Notes: generated by a model not told the origin, from the sequence alone. Counted from the stretch's first letter, positions 7,447 to 16,478 are shown. The stretch is DNA of 64,000 nucleotides from Gemmatimonadales bacterium (GCA_036002045.1 DASYTT010000095.1:3061-67060); one strand, 5' to 3'. Made by a program: numbers and translations.

Positions 7447-9987
7447 TCAGTGTTGATAGCCCGCTGAGAGGGGCTGGACGTCGCGGGGCGATTCCTCCCC
7501 GAACAGCAGCCTGCCCTCACGGAAGGAGGCGCCCCGCAGCGTGAGCGCAAGCACCTCGCCCAGCTCCTCGACCGGGAAGATCTCCGTCTTGTCGAGCACT
7601 TCCTTGGGAAGATCCGCCACGTCCGGTTCGTTTTCCTTCGGAATCACCACGCGGGTGATGCCCGCGCGCTCCGCGCCCAGGATCTTCTCCTTGAGCCCGC
7701 CGATCGGCAGGACCCGGCCCCGCAAGGTAATCTCGCCGGTCATGGCGATATCGTGTCGGGCGGGACGCCCGGACATCGCTGAAATGAGCGCGGTCGCCAT
7801 GGTAACTCCGGCGGACGGTCCGTCCTTGGGGACGGCGCCCGCGGGCACATGGATGTGCACGTCGCGGTCGAACATCTCCTCCGGGATCCGAAGGGCCGCT
7901 GCGTGAGAACGCGCGTAGGTCCACGCCGCGCGTGCGCTCTCTTTCATCACATCGCCCAATTGACCCGTCAGCACCAGCTCGCCTTTGCCGCGCATGGTAG
8001 AGGCTTCGACGAACATGATATCGCCGCCGACCGGGGTGTAGTACATGCCCGTGGCGACACCGATCTCGTCGCCGGCTGCGGCCTTCTCCGGATGCACCTT
8101 CGCCCGGCCGAGCAGCTCGGCCACCATCGGAGCATCCACGACCACGGCGGCCGCGCCATCCCCAGCGATACGGCGGGCCACCTTCCGAGCCACCTTGCCG
8201 ATCTCGCGCTCGAGCTGGCGGACCCCCGATTCCCTGGTGTAGCCGGTAATGATCTTCTCGACCGCATCGTCGGCCAGGCTGACCGCCTGCCCTCCCAGCC
8301 CATTCTCCTCGAGCTGGCGCGGGATCAGGTAGCGCCGCGCGATCTCCAGCTTTTCCCGCTCGGTGTAACCCGAAAACTCCACCACCTCCATGCGGTCGAG
8401 CAGCGGGCCGGGGATGCTCTGCAGAAAGTTGGCTGTGGCGATGAAGAGCACTTCGCTCAGATCGAACGGAACGCCCAGGTAATGATCGGTGAAGCTGTCG
8501 TTCTGCGCCGGATCGAGCACCTCGAGCAGCGCGGAGGCAGGATCGCCCTGAAAAGAAACGCCCAGCTTATCCACTTCATCGAGCAGGAAGACGGGATTCT
8601 TGCTGCCGGCCTGCTTGAGCCCCTGGATGATGCGGCCGGGCATTGCCCCCACGTAGGTGCGGCGATGGCCGCGAATATCGGCCTCGTCACGGGCGCCACC
8701 GAGCGAGATGCGAACGTATTTCCGGCCCATGGCTCGCGCGATGGATTTCGCAACCGAGGTCTTGCCGACACCGGGCGGACCAATGAACAGCAGGATCGGA
8801 CCTTTGGCTTCCCGCTTGGCTTCTGCATCGGTCGGCTCGACGGGAGGAGGGGAGGACGGGACGTCGGGAGCTGAAGCCTCCTCGACTGGCGTCTCTGCCG
8901 TTATCGGGGCTTCGCTCTCCGTCTCACTTCCCGACTTTTCGACTTTGCGACGTTCCGACGCGTTCTTCAGCTGCCGGACCGCGAGAAACTCAAGTACGCG
9001 GTCCTTGACGTCACCCAGGGCGTAGTGATCCGCCTCGAGGATATCGGAGGCCACCTTGAGATCGAGGTGCTCTTCACTGCGCTGATTCCAGGGCAGCTCG
9101 GCGATGGTCTCCAGATAGTTCCGGATGACCTGGGTCTCCATCGATTCGCGCCCGATGCGTTCCAGCCGAGCCAGCTCGCGATCGACTTCCTTGCGGGCCT
9201 CAGGCGGCAGCTCGAGGGCGGTCAACTTCTGCCGCAGCTCCTCGAGCTCGTCACCCTCTTCTTCTTCGCCGAGCTCCTTACGGATCTGTTTCATTTGCTC
9301 GCGAAGGAACATCTCCCGCTGCCGCTCGCCGAGCTCTTCCTGGACTTGCGACTTGATCTCTTCCTGGGCATCGAGCACCGAGATCTGCCGCTGCACGTGG
9401 ACCAGTACCCGACGGAGCCGCTCCTCCACCGAAAGCGTCTCCAGCAACGCCTGCCGCTGCTGCGAGCCGATGTCGATGTAGCCGGCCACCAGGTCTGCAA
9501 AGCGCCCCGGCTCGTTTACTCCCTGCAGGACCTGTTGCACGACTTCCTCGGGCAGCCCCGATTTCTGGCCCAGCTCCGCGGCGCGTTCACGCACCTCGCG
9601 GTAGAGGCCGACAAAGGCGGGGTCCTCGGAGTTGAGCGGCTGCATCTCTTCCGCCTCGCGGATGATCGCCTCGAGGTAGCCGTTCTTCTCGGACACGTGC
9701 ATGACGATGCCGCGGCGCTCCCCATGAAGCAGGAGCTGCATGCCGGCGAGCCCGCGCTGTAACTGCCCGACCTTCGCGATCGTACCGATGGTGTAGAGTC
9801 CTTCGGAATTGACCTGCTCGGTGTTCTCGCGCTGACAGATGGCGAACACCAGGCGCTCCGGGGTCGCGAGCGCGGCTTCGATGGCCCGCACGGTACCGGG
9901 ACGCCCAGCGCCAATCGACGTGGTGACCCCGGGCAGGAGCACCACATCGCGCAGCGGGAGTACCGGGAGAATCAGTCGTTCGTTCAT
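7447..9987 (-). CDS. lon: ATP-dependent Lon protease
   Basis: LON N-domain ([14 protein letters not shown]), Walker [10 protein letters not shown], and the catalytic Ser motif [15 protein letters not shown]. Start taken as MNERL at 9987 (AAGGA upstream). The 35-codon extension in the ORF track runs into the heptad array. Confidence 0.95.
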   Translation of the reverse strand: MNERLILPVLPLRDVVLLPGVTTSIGAGRPGTVRAIEAALATPERLVFAICQRENTEQVNSEGLYTIGTIAKVGQLQRGLAGMQLLLHGERRGIVMHVSEKNGYLEAIIREAEEMQPLNSEDPAFVGLYREVRERAAELGQKSGLPEEVVQQVLQGVNEPGRFADLVAGYIDIGSQQRQALLETLSVEERLRRVLVHVQRQISVLDAQEEIKSQVQEELGERQREMFLREQMKQIRKELGEEEEGDELEELRQKLTALELPPEARKEVDRELARLERIGRESMETQVIRNYLETIAELPWNQRSEEHLDLKVASDILEADHYALGDVKDRVLEFLAVRQLKNASERRKVEKSGSETESEAPITAETPVEEASAPDVPSSPPPVEPTDAEAKREAKGPILLFIGPPGVGKTSVAKSIARAMGRKYVRISLGGARDEADIRGHRRTYVGAMPGRIIQGLKQAGSKNPVFLLDEVDKLGVSFQGDPASALLEVLDPAQNDSFTDHYLGVPFDLSEVLFIATANFLQSIPGPLLDRMEVVEFSGYTEREKLEIARRYLIPRQLEENGLGGQAVSLADDAVEKIITGYTRESGVRQLEREIGKVARKVARRIAGDGAAAVVVDAPMVAELLGRAKVHPEKAAAGDEIGVATGMYYTPVGGDIMFVEASTMRGKGELVLTGQLGDVMKESARAAWTYARSHAAALRIPEEMFDRDVHIHVPAGAVPKDGPSAGVTMATALISAMSGRPARHDIAMTGEITLRGRVLPIGGLKEKILGAERAGITRVVIPKENEPDVADLPKEVLDKTEIFPVEELGEVLALTLRGASFREGRLLFGEESPRDVQPLSAGYQH

Positions 9988-10085
9988 TGCGCGTCCTTTT
10001 TCCGCCCCCGTAGCCCTGATGCCAACCGGCAAGAGGAGGGACGGGGGATCGGGATGCAGGGTGCACACGAGGTGCCAGGTGGATC

Positions 10086-10120
10086 TGGCCATTGGCTACT
10101 GGCTATTGGCTATTGGCTAT
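10086..10120. repeat. tandem array of five heptamers TGGCYAY
   Basis: Read directly: TGGCCAT TGGCTAC TGGCTAT TGGCTAT TGGCTAT, contiguous. Lies in the lon / kinase divergent intergenic region. Confidence 0.9.
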
Positions 10121-10246
10121 TACACTTACGCGCGGGAGGCTCAGCATCGGAGCCCAGCGAAAGAATTTTGCCTCCCGCCAATACGACGGGATACGCCCTT
10201 ATGGCAGGGAGCGAGTGCTCAGGATCGACGCTCGGGCTCGAGTCCG

Positions 10247-10274
10247 ATAGCCAATAGCCCATAGCCCATAGCCA
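10247..10274. repeat. tandem array of four heptamers ATAGCCM, inverted partner of 10086-10120
   Basis: Read directly: ATAGCCA ATAGCCC ATAGCCC ATAGCCA. The reverse complement, TGGCTAT GGGCTAT GGGCTAT TGGCTAT, matches the left array. Confidence 0.9.
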
Positions 10275-10360
10275 GAAACCAAGTTGCCGAGGCGCTCCAA
10301 ATCCGTCAGATTGGTAAGCTGTTGTGTGCCCGGCGTTTCTGACGTGAAGCCCAAGGTCGG

Positions 10361-12304
10361 ATGACCGATCCAGCAGACCTCAGTGAGCGACCTCTCGCGC
10401 AGCGCCTGAAAGAGGCGCTGGGGGCGGAGTACACCATCGAAGGCGAGATCGGCCGCGGCGGGATGGGAGTGGTGTATCGCGCGCGTGACGAGCGGCTGCA
10501 CCGCAGGGTCGCGGTGAAGGTGCTCCCTCCCGAACTGGCCTTTCAGAGGGAAATTCGCGAGCGCTTTACCCGGGAGGCCCAGACCGCGGCTCGGCTGTCC
10601 CATCCCCACATCGTACCGATCCATGACGTCGGCGAGGGCGCCGGCGTGGTGTACTTCATCATGGGGCTGGTAGAAGGCGAGTCGCTCGGCGGGCGGCTCA
10701 AGCGTCGTGGCAAGCTGCCCGCGGACGAAGTCCGGCGGATCATGAAGGAGACCGCCGACGCCCTGTCCGCTGCCCATGCCGTCTCGATCATCCATCGGGA
10801 CATCAAACCGGACAACATCCTGCTCGAAGGTACCCGCGGCCGGGTCATGGTAACGGACTTCGGAATCGCGAAGGCGGTCTCGCAGATTTCCGGGTCAACC
10901 TTGACCGGCGTGGGCGTCGCGATCGGGACGCCGCAGTACATGAGCCCGGAGCAGGCGGCGGGAGAGCGCGATCTCGACGGCCGCTCCGATCTTTACTCGC
11001 TCGGCGTAGTTGCGTATCAGATGACCAGCGGAGAATTGCCGTTCAATGCGCCGACCGTCGCGGGGATTCTGATGAAGCAAATCACCGAGCCGGCGCCGGT
11101 GCTGCACGAGACGCAGGGTGGAGTCCCGGAAGATCTCTCGCTCGCCATCGCCCGCTGCCTGGAGAAGGATCCAGAGCAGCGCTGGCCCACCGCTGATTCG
11201 CTGCGCCGGTCCCTGGAGAGCCGGACCGTGACAGGGTATCGGCCCACGACGGCCGCTGTACGGGTCAGTCCTCGGCCCACGGGAACTCGCCCAAGGCCGA
11301 CCGGCAGAGCCGCAGAGGGGCTGAGGAGCCGAGGGGCAGAGGGGCCACGAAGGGGAGGGGAGCTGGCTCCCCGGAGCCCACGGCCGGCTGGACTGGCCGA
11401 AGGACAGCGGGGCCGAGGGGCTGTGGGAGTCGGAAGTCAGTGGCGCAAGAATGAGCGCGGAGAATGGGTCCGCACCGAGCCGGGTGAGCTACCGGTCCCA
11501 GACACGGGAGAGCCCGCAATCGTTCAGAAGGTGCGCGGGCAGTTTGCGCGCTGGGCGGCGACCAGCGTGGGACTCTTCCTGCTGAACATCGCCACCGGAC
11601 TGGATTCGCCCTGGTTCCTCTTTCCGGCGGGCGGCATGGCGATCCCGCTGCTCAAGAACTACTCGCGCCTCTGGCAGGCGGGCTATAGCTGGCGGGACGT
11701 GATGAATCCGCCGCCCGCCGCGGATGCGGTCCGGGTGCCGGGGGCCAAGGGCAGAAAGACTCTGGTCCCACCCCGACGAGAAGAGTTCGGCCCGTATTTC
11801 GACCGCATCGAGTCGGCGTATAAGGACCGCAAGATGATCGTCTCGCTGGTGCAGCAGCTGCCGGAGAGCGATCGCAAGATGCTGCCCACGGAGATCGTCG
11901 AAACCACCGACGAGCTCTACCAGCGGGCGCTCGAGCTGGCCCGGACGCTGTACGACATCGATACCAGCTTCGGCGACGAGACGCCGGAGCGGATCAAGCA
12001 TCGCCTGGAGCTCCTGACCTTGCAGGCCGACGGTCCGGAGCGTGAGCGACAGATCGGCATCCTGGAGCGACAGTACAAGACGGCGAGCGAGTTGATGGAC
12101 CGGCGTGCCAGGATTGCGGCTCGGCTCGAATCGAGCATCCTCGCGATGCAGAACATGCGGTTCGACATGCTGCGGCTCAAATCCGCCGGCGTGGGCGCGG
12201 TCTTGAGCGACCTGACTCAGGCCACCCAGCAGGCGCGGGCCATCTCCCGTGACGTCGACCACGCCATCGCCGCGGCGCGTGAAGTCCGCGAGGCGATTTC
12301 GTGA
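10361..12304 (+). CDS. Ser/Thr protein kinase with low-complexity linker, 2TM-type membrane segment and C-terminal coiled-coil domain
   Basis: Hanks motifs VAVKVL, HRDIKPDNILL, DFGIAK, GTPQYMSPE. Later a hydrophobic pair, LFLLNIATGLDSPWFLFPAGGMAIPLL (2TM-like), then a helical C-terminus. Confidence 0.9.
   Translation: MTDPADLSERPLAQRLKEALGAEYTIEGEIGRGGMGVVYRARDERLHRRVAVKVLPPELAFQREIRERFTREAQTAARLSHPHIVPIHDVGEGAGVVYFIMGLVEGESLGGRLKRRGKLPADEVRRIMKETADALSAAHAVSIIHRDIKPDNILLEGTRGRVMVTDFGIAKAVSQISGSTLTGVGVAIGTPQYMSPEQAAGERDLDGRSDLYSLGVVAYQMTSGELPFNAPTVAGILMKQITEPAPVLHETQGGVPEDLSLAIARCLEKDPEQRWPTADSLRRSLESRTVTGYRPTTAAVRVSPRPTGTRPRPTGRAAEGLRSRGAEGPRRGGELAPRSPRPAGLAEGQRGRGAVGVGSQWRKNERGEWVRTEPGELPVPDTGEPAIVQKVRGQFARWAATSVGLFLLNIATGLDSPWFLFPAGGMAIPLLKNYSRLWQAGYSWRDVMNPPPAADAVRVPGAKGRKTLVPPRREEFGPYFDRIESAYKDRKMIVSLVQQLPESDRKMLPTEIVETTDELYQRALELARTLYDIDTSFGDETPERIKHRLELLTLQADGPERERQIGILERQYKTASELMDRRARIAARLESSILAMQNMRFDMLRLKSAGVGAVLSDLTQATQQARAISRDVDHAIAAAREVREAIS
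11305..11344. repeat. tandem octamer array CNGAGSSG x5 inside the kinase linker
   Basis: Read directly: CAGAGCCG CAGAGGGG CTGAGGAG CCGAGGGG CAGAGGGG, with two more degenerate units to 11360. Period 8 within a CDS; encodes RAAEGLRSRGAEG. Confidence 0.7.
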
Positions 12305-12337
12305 CAGGTGGCGGGTCGCAGGTGGCGGGTTGCAGGT
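12305..12337. repeat. tandem 14-mer (2 x 7) CAGGTGGCGGGTYG x2.4 spanning the kinase-stop / methyltransferase-start junction
   Basis: Read directly: CAGGTGGCGGGTCG CAGGTGGCGGGTTG CAGGT. It contains the GTG start at 12308. Confidence 0.8.
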
Positions 12338-13150
12338 ACGGCGATTCCCTTCGATAACCGGCAGTACTGGGAAACCCGGCTCCGGGAGCACTACTCGCTC
12401 GCGGGGGTGGGGTATTTGCGGCTGGGGCGACGTTACAACGAATGGATGTACCGGGTGCGGGGCGACGTCTTTGATCGCGTGGTGGCGGGAATCGGTAGTC
12501 GGGAATCGGGAACCGGATGGAGCGGCGCCGAGATCCTGGACGTCGGGTCGGGTACCGGATTCTATGTTGAGCGCTGGCTGCGATTGGGGGCGCAGGTAAC
12601 GGGACTCGACCTCACGGAGGTGGCGGTCGCTGAGCTAGGCCGTGCGTTGCCGGCCGCCCGATTTGTCCGGGCCGACATCGGTGGGGATCTGACTGGGGTA
12701 CCCCTCGACGCCGCGTCGTTCGACGCCGTGTCTGCAATGGATGTCCTGTTCCACCTCGTGGATGACACCGCGTACGCGAGATCGTTTTCCAACATTGCCG
12801 GCTTGCTCAAGCCGGGCGGCTGGTTCCTCTGGTCGGACAACTTTCTGCGCCACCCAGCCGAGCGGGTGATGCATCAAACCAGCCGACCTCTGGCGGAGAG
12901 CGTTCGGCTGCTGGAGGCGGCCGGGTTCGAGATGGTCGAGCGGGTCCCGATGTTCGTGTTGATGAACTATCCCGCCGACACCACCTCTCGCCTGGCCCGT
13001 TGGGGCTGGACCGCGCTGGTGGCGCCCGCCCTGCTGGCGGAGCCGCTCGGCTGGCTGCTCGGGGCCCTGCTTTATCCGTTCGAGCGGGCGCTGGTACGGC
13101 TCAAGCGGGAAGGTCCGAGCACCGAGCTGATGGTCTGCAGGAAACGCTGA
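12308..13150 (+). CDS. class I SAM-dependent methyltransferase
   Basis: Motif I ILDVGSGTGFY, post-I acidic LDL, and GGWFLWSD. The GTG start lies 3 nt after the kinase stop. Confidence 0.75.
   Translation: MAGRRWRVAGTAIPFDNRQYWETRLREHYSLAGVGYLRLGRRYNEWMYRVRGDVFDRVVAGIGSRESGTGWSGAEILDVGSGTGFYVERWLRLGAQVTGLDLTEVAVAELGRALPAARFVRADIGGDLTGVPLDAASFDAVSAMDVLFHLVDDTAYARSFSNIAGLLKPGGWFLWSDNFLRHPAERVMHQTSRPLAESVRLLEAAGFEMVERVPMFVLMNYPADTTSRLARWGWTALVAPALLAEPLGWLLGALLYPFERALVRLKREGPSTELMVCRKR
12487..12514. repeat. tandem heptamer array GGGAATC-like x4 inside the methyltransferase CDS
   Basis: Read directly: GGGAATC GGTAGTC GGGAATC GGGAACC. Encodes GIGSRESGT immediately before SAM motif I. Confidence 0.8.
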
Positions 13151-13206
13151 GATCGGGCGCCTCAGGACAGGCGGATCTCTGCCACCAGACGACCGTCCGG
13201 ACGAGC

Positions 13207-13611
13207 CTAGAGCAGCAGCAACCCTCGCTTCACCCCCGTCGCCACGGCTTCGGCGCGCGAGGACACGCTGAGCTTCTCGAAGAGCAGCTCCAGATGGGTC
13301 TTGACGGTATGGGTCGAGATCCCGAGTCGGGCAGCGATCTGCTTGTTGCCCAGCCCGTCGGCGAGCAGCGCCAGGATCTCGCGCTCCCGGTTGGTAAGTA
13401 CCGTGCCGACGACCATATCGCGGCGAGCCGGCTCGGAGCCTTCGAGCACATCGTCCGGGCTGCGGGCTGCTACGATCACGTCAACGGAGGGCGGCAGATC
13501 GGTCTCCGATGCCGCGATAGCGACCACCTCAAACCCAGGATGGGTCCGCAGCGCCGCGGCGAGCGACGCTCGGAGCTGCTCCGAGACGGCCACGATGGCA
13601 ATGCGGGTCAT
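13207..13611 (-). CDS. LuxR/FixJ-type HTH regulator with truncated receiver-like N-terminus
   Basis: C-terminal LTNREREILALLADGLGNKQIAARLGISTHTVKTHLELLFEKL. The N-terminal ~75 aa resemble only the first half of a receiver domain (IAIVAVS.., VDVIVAA). Confidence 0.8.
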   Translation of the reverse strand: MTRIAIVAVSEQLRASLAAALRTHPGFEVVAIAASETDLPPSVDVIVAARSPDDVLEGSEPARRDMVVGTVLTNREREILALLADGLGNKQIAARLGISTHTVKTHLELLFEKLSVSSRAEAVATGVKRGLLLL

Positions 13612-13626
13612 GAAGGTGCCGCGCGG

Positions 13627-14226
13627 CTACGCCACTCGTCGCGAGAGCGCTCCCTCCACGAACCGCTGGACCAAGGTGGCGGCCACCGCGATGCCGAGCC
13701 CATTGACGACCATGCTGTTGAGCCCCACGAGGCGTCCTGCCGCGTCGACGAGTGGGCCGCCGGAATTGCCCGGCGCCAAGCGGATCGCGGAGACGACCCA
13801 GCGGGGAGCCCTCGTGCGGTCATCGCGAGCAAGCGCGTGAACGACCCCCATGGCGAGGGCATCCCGCACGCCGAGCGGATGCCCGTGTGCCAGAACCAGC
13901 TCGCCGATGCGCAAGGACTCCGGCTCCCGCACCTCGAGGAGGGGCCCACTGACCGACGGCGCCGTAAGGAGCGCGAGATCATGCCGCGGATGGTAGGCGA
14001 GAAGCCGGGCTTCGCGCCACTTGCCGTGGGCGTCCACCCGGAGGGCATCTCCGCGCGGCGCGCAGTGGGCATTCGTCACCACGAGCCCGGCCCCACCCCA
14101 GATGATACCGGCGCCGCTCCCCGCGTGTCCGCTCTGCACGGCGACGACAGCGTGACGGAGCAACTCGCGGAGCCCGGCAAGATCCGTCGATCCAGCGCGG
14201 GCCGCGCCGAGCAGCGCAGGATTCAT
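13627..14226 (-). CDS. trypsin-like (S1C/HtrA-family) serine protease, no PDZ, no evident signal peptide
   Basis: Catalytic triad contexts TNAHCA, HDLALL and GNSGGPLVDAAGRLVGLN. ATG 14226 overlaps the upstream stop (ATGA). Confidence 0.8.
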   Translation of the reverse strand: MNPALLGAARAGSTDLAGLRELLRHAVVAVQSGHAGSGAGIIWGGAGLVVTNAHCAPRGDALRVDAHGKWREARLLAYHPRHDLALLTAPSVSGPLLEVREPESLRIGELVLAHGHPLGVRDALAMGVVHALARDDRTRAPRWVVSAIRLAPGNSGGPLVDAAGRLVGLNSMVVNGLGIAVAATLVQRFVEGALSRRVA

Positions 14227-15164
14227 TCGGCTCCTCCGCGATCGGCCGGGATAACGGCAGCGGATTGTACTCCGCCACCGCGCAGAAACTTGAGCTCCAG
14301 CGACGTCCCCGCACGCACCTTGGAGAGCGCGTCGAGCAGATCGGTGGGATGCCGGAGCGGCTGCCCGTTGGCCGCGACCAGCGCGTCGCCCACGAGGAAG
14401 CCGGCGCGCTCCGAGGGTGATCCTTCCGCCACGGTCAGGATCAGGAGCGCCGCATCGTGGGCGAGCTGATGCCGATCGACCAGAGCAGTAGAGAGCGCGA
14501 CCGGCTGGACCGCGACGCCGATGAAGGGGCGATGTACATGCCCATGCTCGAGCAGCTCGTCGAGCACTCGGTCGACGGCTGCCGCCGGGAGCGCCATCGG
14601 CGCCCCGCGCGCCAGTGCCGAGTTGTTTAGACCGAGTACCGCCCCGGACGCGTCGACCAGCGGTCCGCCTGAGAATCCGTCGTAGATGGCGAGGTCCAGA
14701 CGAAGCACCTTATCAACCCGGGTACCCTGCCAGGTGCGCCAGCCTTCGGTGACGGCGCTGACAATGCCAAAACTCGCGGTTGCCTGGCGGCCGGGTCGTC
14801 CGACGGCGAGCACGAGCGAGCCGACCCGACCAGCTCCGGGCTCGGCCCTGACCGCAACATCCGCTTCGGCGCCGGCATCGAGGCGAAGCGCAATGAGGTC
14901 GGTTGCCGGGTCCCGGCCGACAATCGTTGCCGGAGTGGAAGTTCCGTTCGGCAGAGTGACCGAGATCTCGTCAGAGTGCCTGACGGTATGGCTCGCGCTC
15001 ACGATTACCCCGCTGCGCCAGACGATGCCGCTCGAGGGAATGCGCCGGCGCGCGTGGATCGCGACGGTGGAGTTGCTGGCGACCGCCACCGCCTCCGCAA
15101 GCTGCGAGGAGAGCGCGCGGAGCGTACTGGTGGAATGGGATGAGGAGGACTGCGCAGACGACAT
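14223..15164 (-). CDS. HtrA/DegP-like S1C serine protease with C-terminal PDZ, no evident signal peptide
   Basis: Triad contexts SASHTV, TDLIALRL and GFSGGPLVDASGAVLGLN. PDZ-like region PFIGVAV..LTVAEGSPSERAGFLVGDALVAANGQPL. The N-terminus is hydrophilic and Ser-rich. Confidence 0.85.
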   Translation of the reverse strand: MSSAQSSSSHSTSTLRALSSQLAEAVAVASNSTVAIHARRRIPSSGIVWRSGVIVSASHTVRHSDEISVTLPNGTSTPATIVGRDPATDLIALRLDAGAEADVAVRAEPGAGRVGSLVLAVGRPGRQATASFGIVSAVTEGWRTWQGTRVDKVLRLDLAIYDGFSGGPLVDASGAVLGLNNSALARGAPMALPAAAVDRVLDELLEHGHVHRPFIGVAVQPVALSTALVDRHQLAHDAALLILTVAEGSPSERAGFLVGDALVAANGQPLRHPTDLLDALSKVRAGTSLELKFLRGGGVQSAAVIPADRGGAE

Positions 15165-15266
15165 GAGATTTCTCGGTGAATGCAGTTCGCATCCACTCTA
15201 GCTGTTCCTCGGCGGCGGCACCATCGGATAAATGGGGGATACGGGAGGGGTGCAGGAATCAACGCC

Positions 15267-16475
15267 TCAGCTGACCACCCGCCGAGCGAGCCCTGGATTC
15301 AGGTGCATGAACATGTTGTACTCCGACCAACCGCTCTTCTCTGCTACGGCGTTGGGATGGAGCCCGGGGCGCTCGGATCCCACGAGGGTCGCCTCGTCCC
15401 CCACCTGCACAGCGGCTTGCTCGCCCAGGGCCACCACGGTGTGGCTGGCGCTGACGGTTCCGACCACGGGATAGAGGCGGTCCCTGATCAGGACTTCGCA
15501 ACCCTTCACCGCACCAGCGGGATAGCCATCCACGTGACCGATGCCGAGCGTAGCGGTCCAGGTCGGGCGGTCCGCCAGATAGCGGCGATGATAACTCACG
15601 CCGTCGCCGGACTGGAGCAGGTCGACGCGGATCACGCGAGCCTTGAGCCGGTATGCCGGCCGCAGCTCGCCGCGCGCCCTGGACTCCGGGGTGGGATAGC
15701 CTCCGTAAAGCGCGAGTCCCGGCCGGATCAGATCGAGGAAGGTCTCCGCCGTCGGCTTCACTACGGCATCAGACGATGCCGCGTGGAGCTTCCCGAGCGA
15801 CACTCCGCCCGAACGAGCGGACTCAGCGAGCTGCGTCAAACGCGTCGCTTGCTCCCGGTCGAATTCCTGATCCTCCACCAGCTCGGTGAACGCGCCCTCG
15901 ATCGAGATGGCCCGGCGCAAGGCTGCGGATTCGAGCCAGGGCAACACCTGCTCGTACGGCAGCCCCATTCGGTGCATTCCGGTATCGACATAGAGGTGCA
16001 CGCGCACCGGACGCTTGAGTCGCGCCGCCAGCTGGATGAGCCGTTCGGCATCGGCACTTCGGTACGGAGCCAGCCGGACCTCCTGCCGGACCAACTCCTC
16101 CACCTCCTGCTCCGCGGCGGGACCCATCAAGACGATGGGCTTCCGCACACCGGCTCCTCGCAGAGCGCGCGCTTCCTCCGGGCGAACGACGCCGAATCCC
16201 CACACCGCCGTCAGCGCATCCAGCAGGGGGCCCGCAATCCCGAGCCCGAGACCGTAGGCGTTGTTCTTGACGACTGCCAGAATGGGGCGGCCCCCCGCGA
16301 GCTGAGAGACCGTTCGCACGTTGTGCCCGAGTGCCGCGGGATCGATCTCGAGCCAGGGATCGAGACTCTGCGTCCCCAGCTTTGCCGTCCCGGATAGCGG
16401 AGCGTGCGGTCTCACGCCAGCTCCGGCAATGGCAAGGCCGGTGGCAGCGAGCATGTCGCGACGAGAGATGGTCAT
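15267..16475 (-). CDS. alr: alanine racemase family (PLP) enzyme with twin-arginine signal peptide
   Basis: PLP-Lys motif AVVKNNAYGLG. Full-length two-domain Alr-like sequence. The N-terminus MTISRRDMLAATGLAIAGAG matches the Tat consensus S-R-R-x-hydrophobic-L. Confidence 0.8.
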   Translation of the reverse strand: MTISRRDMLAATGLAIAGAGVRPHAPLSGTAKLGTQSLDPWLEIDPAALGHNVRTVSQLAGGRPILAVVKNNAYGLGLGIAGPLLDALTAVWGFGVVRPEEARALRGAGVRKPIVLMGPAAEQEVEELVRQEVRLAPYRSADAERLIQLAARLKRPVRVHLYVDTGMHRMGLPYEQVLPWLESAALRRAISIEGAFTELVEDQEFDREQATRLTQLAESARSGGVSLGKLHAASSDAVVKPTAETFLDLIRPGLALYGGYPTPESRARGELRPAYRLKARVIRVDLLQSGDGVSYHRRYLADRPTWTATLGIGHVDGYPAGAVKGCEVLIRDRLYPVVGTVSASHTVVALGEQAAVQVGDEATLVGSERPGLHPNAVAEKSGWSEYNMFMHLNPGLARRVVS

Positions 16476-16478
16476 CCT

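Noticed and set aside
9988-10092. 35-codon N-terminal extension of lon in the ORF track (MARSTWHLVCTLHP..).
   Set aside because: Canonical Lon begins at [14 protein letters not shown], with an AAGGA ribosome-binding site. The extension runs into the heptad repeat array and has no homologous counterpart.
10211-10222. GAGTGCTC resembling half of a CIRCE (HrcA) heat-shock operator upstream of lon.
   Set aside because: Only one half-site is present. There is no TTAGCACTC partner at the required 9-nt spacing.
10086-10274. Possible CRISPR array or tRNA-like gene in the lon-kinase intergenic region.
   Set aside because: The repeat units are only 7 nt, contiguous and without spacers, and there are no cas genes. 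I could draw no cloverleaf: the T-arm-like GGGCTCGAGTCC has no complementary stem.
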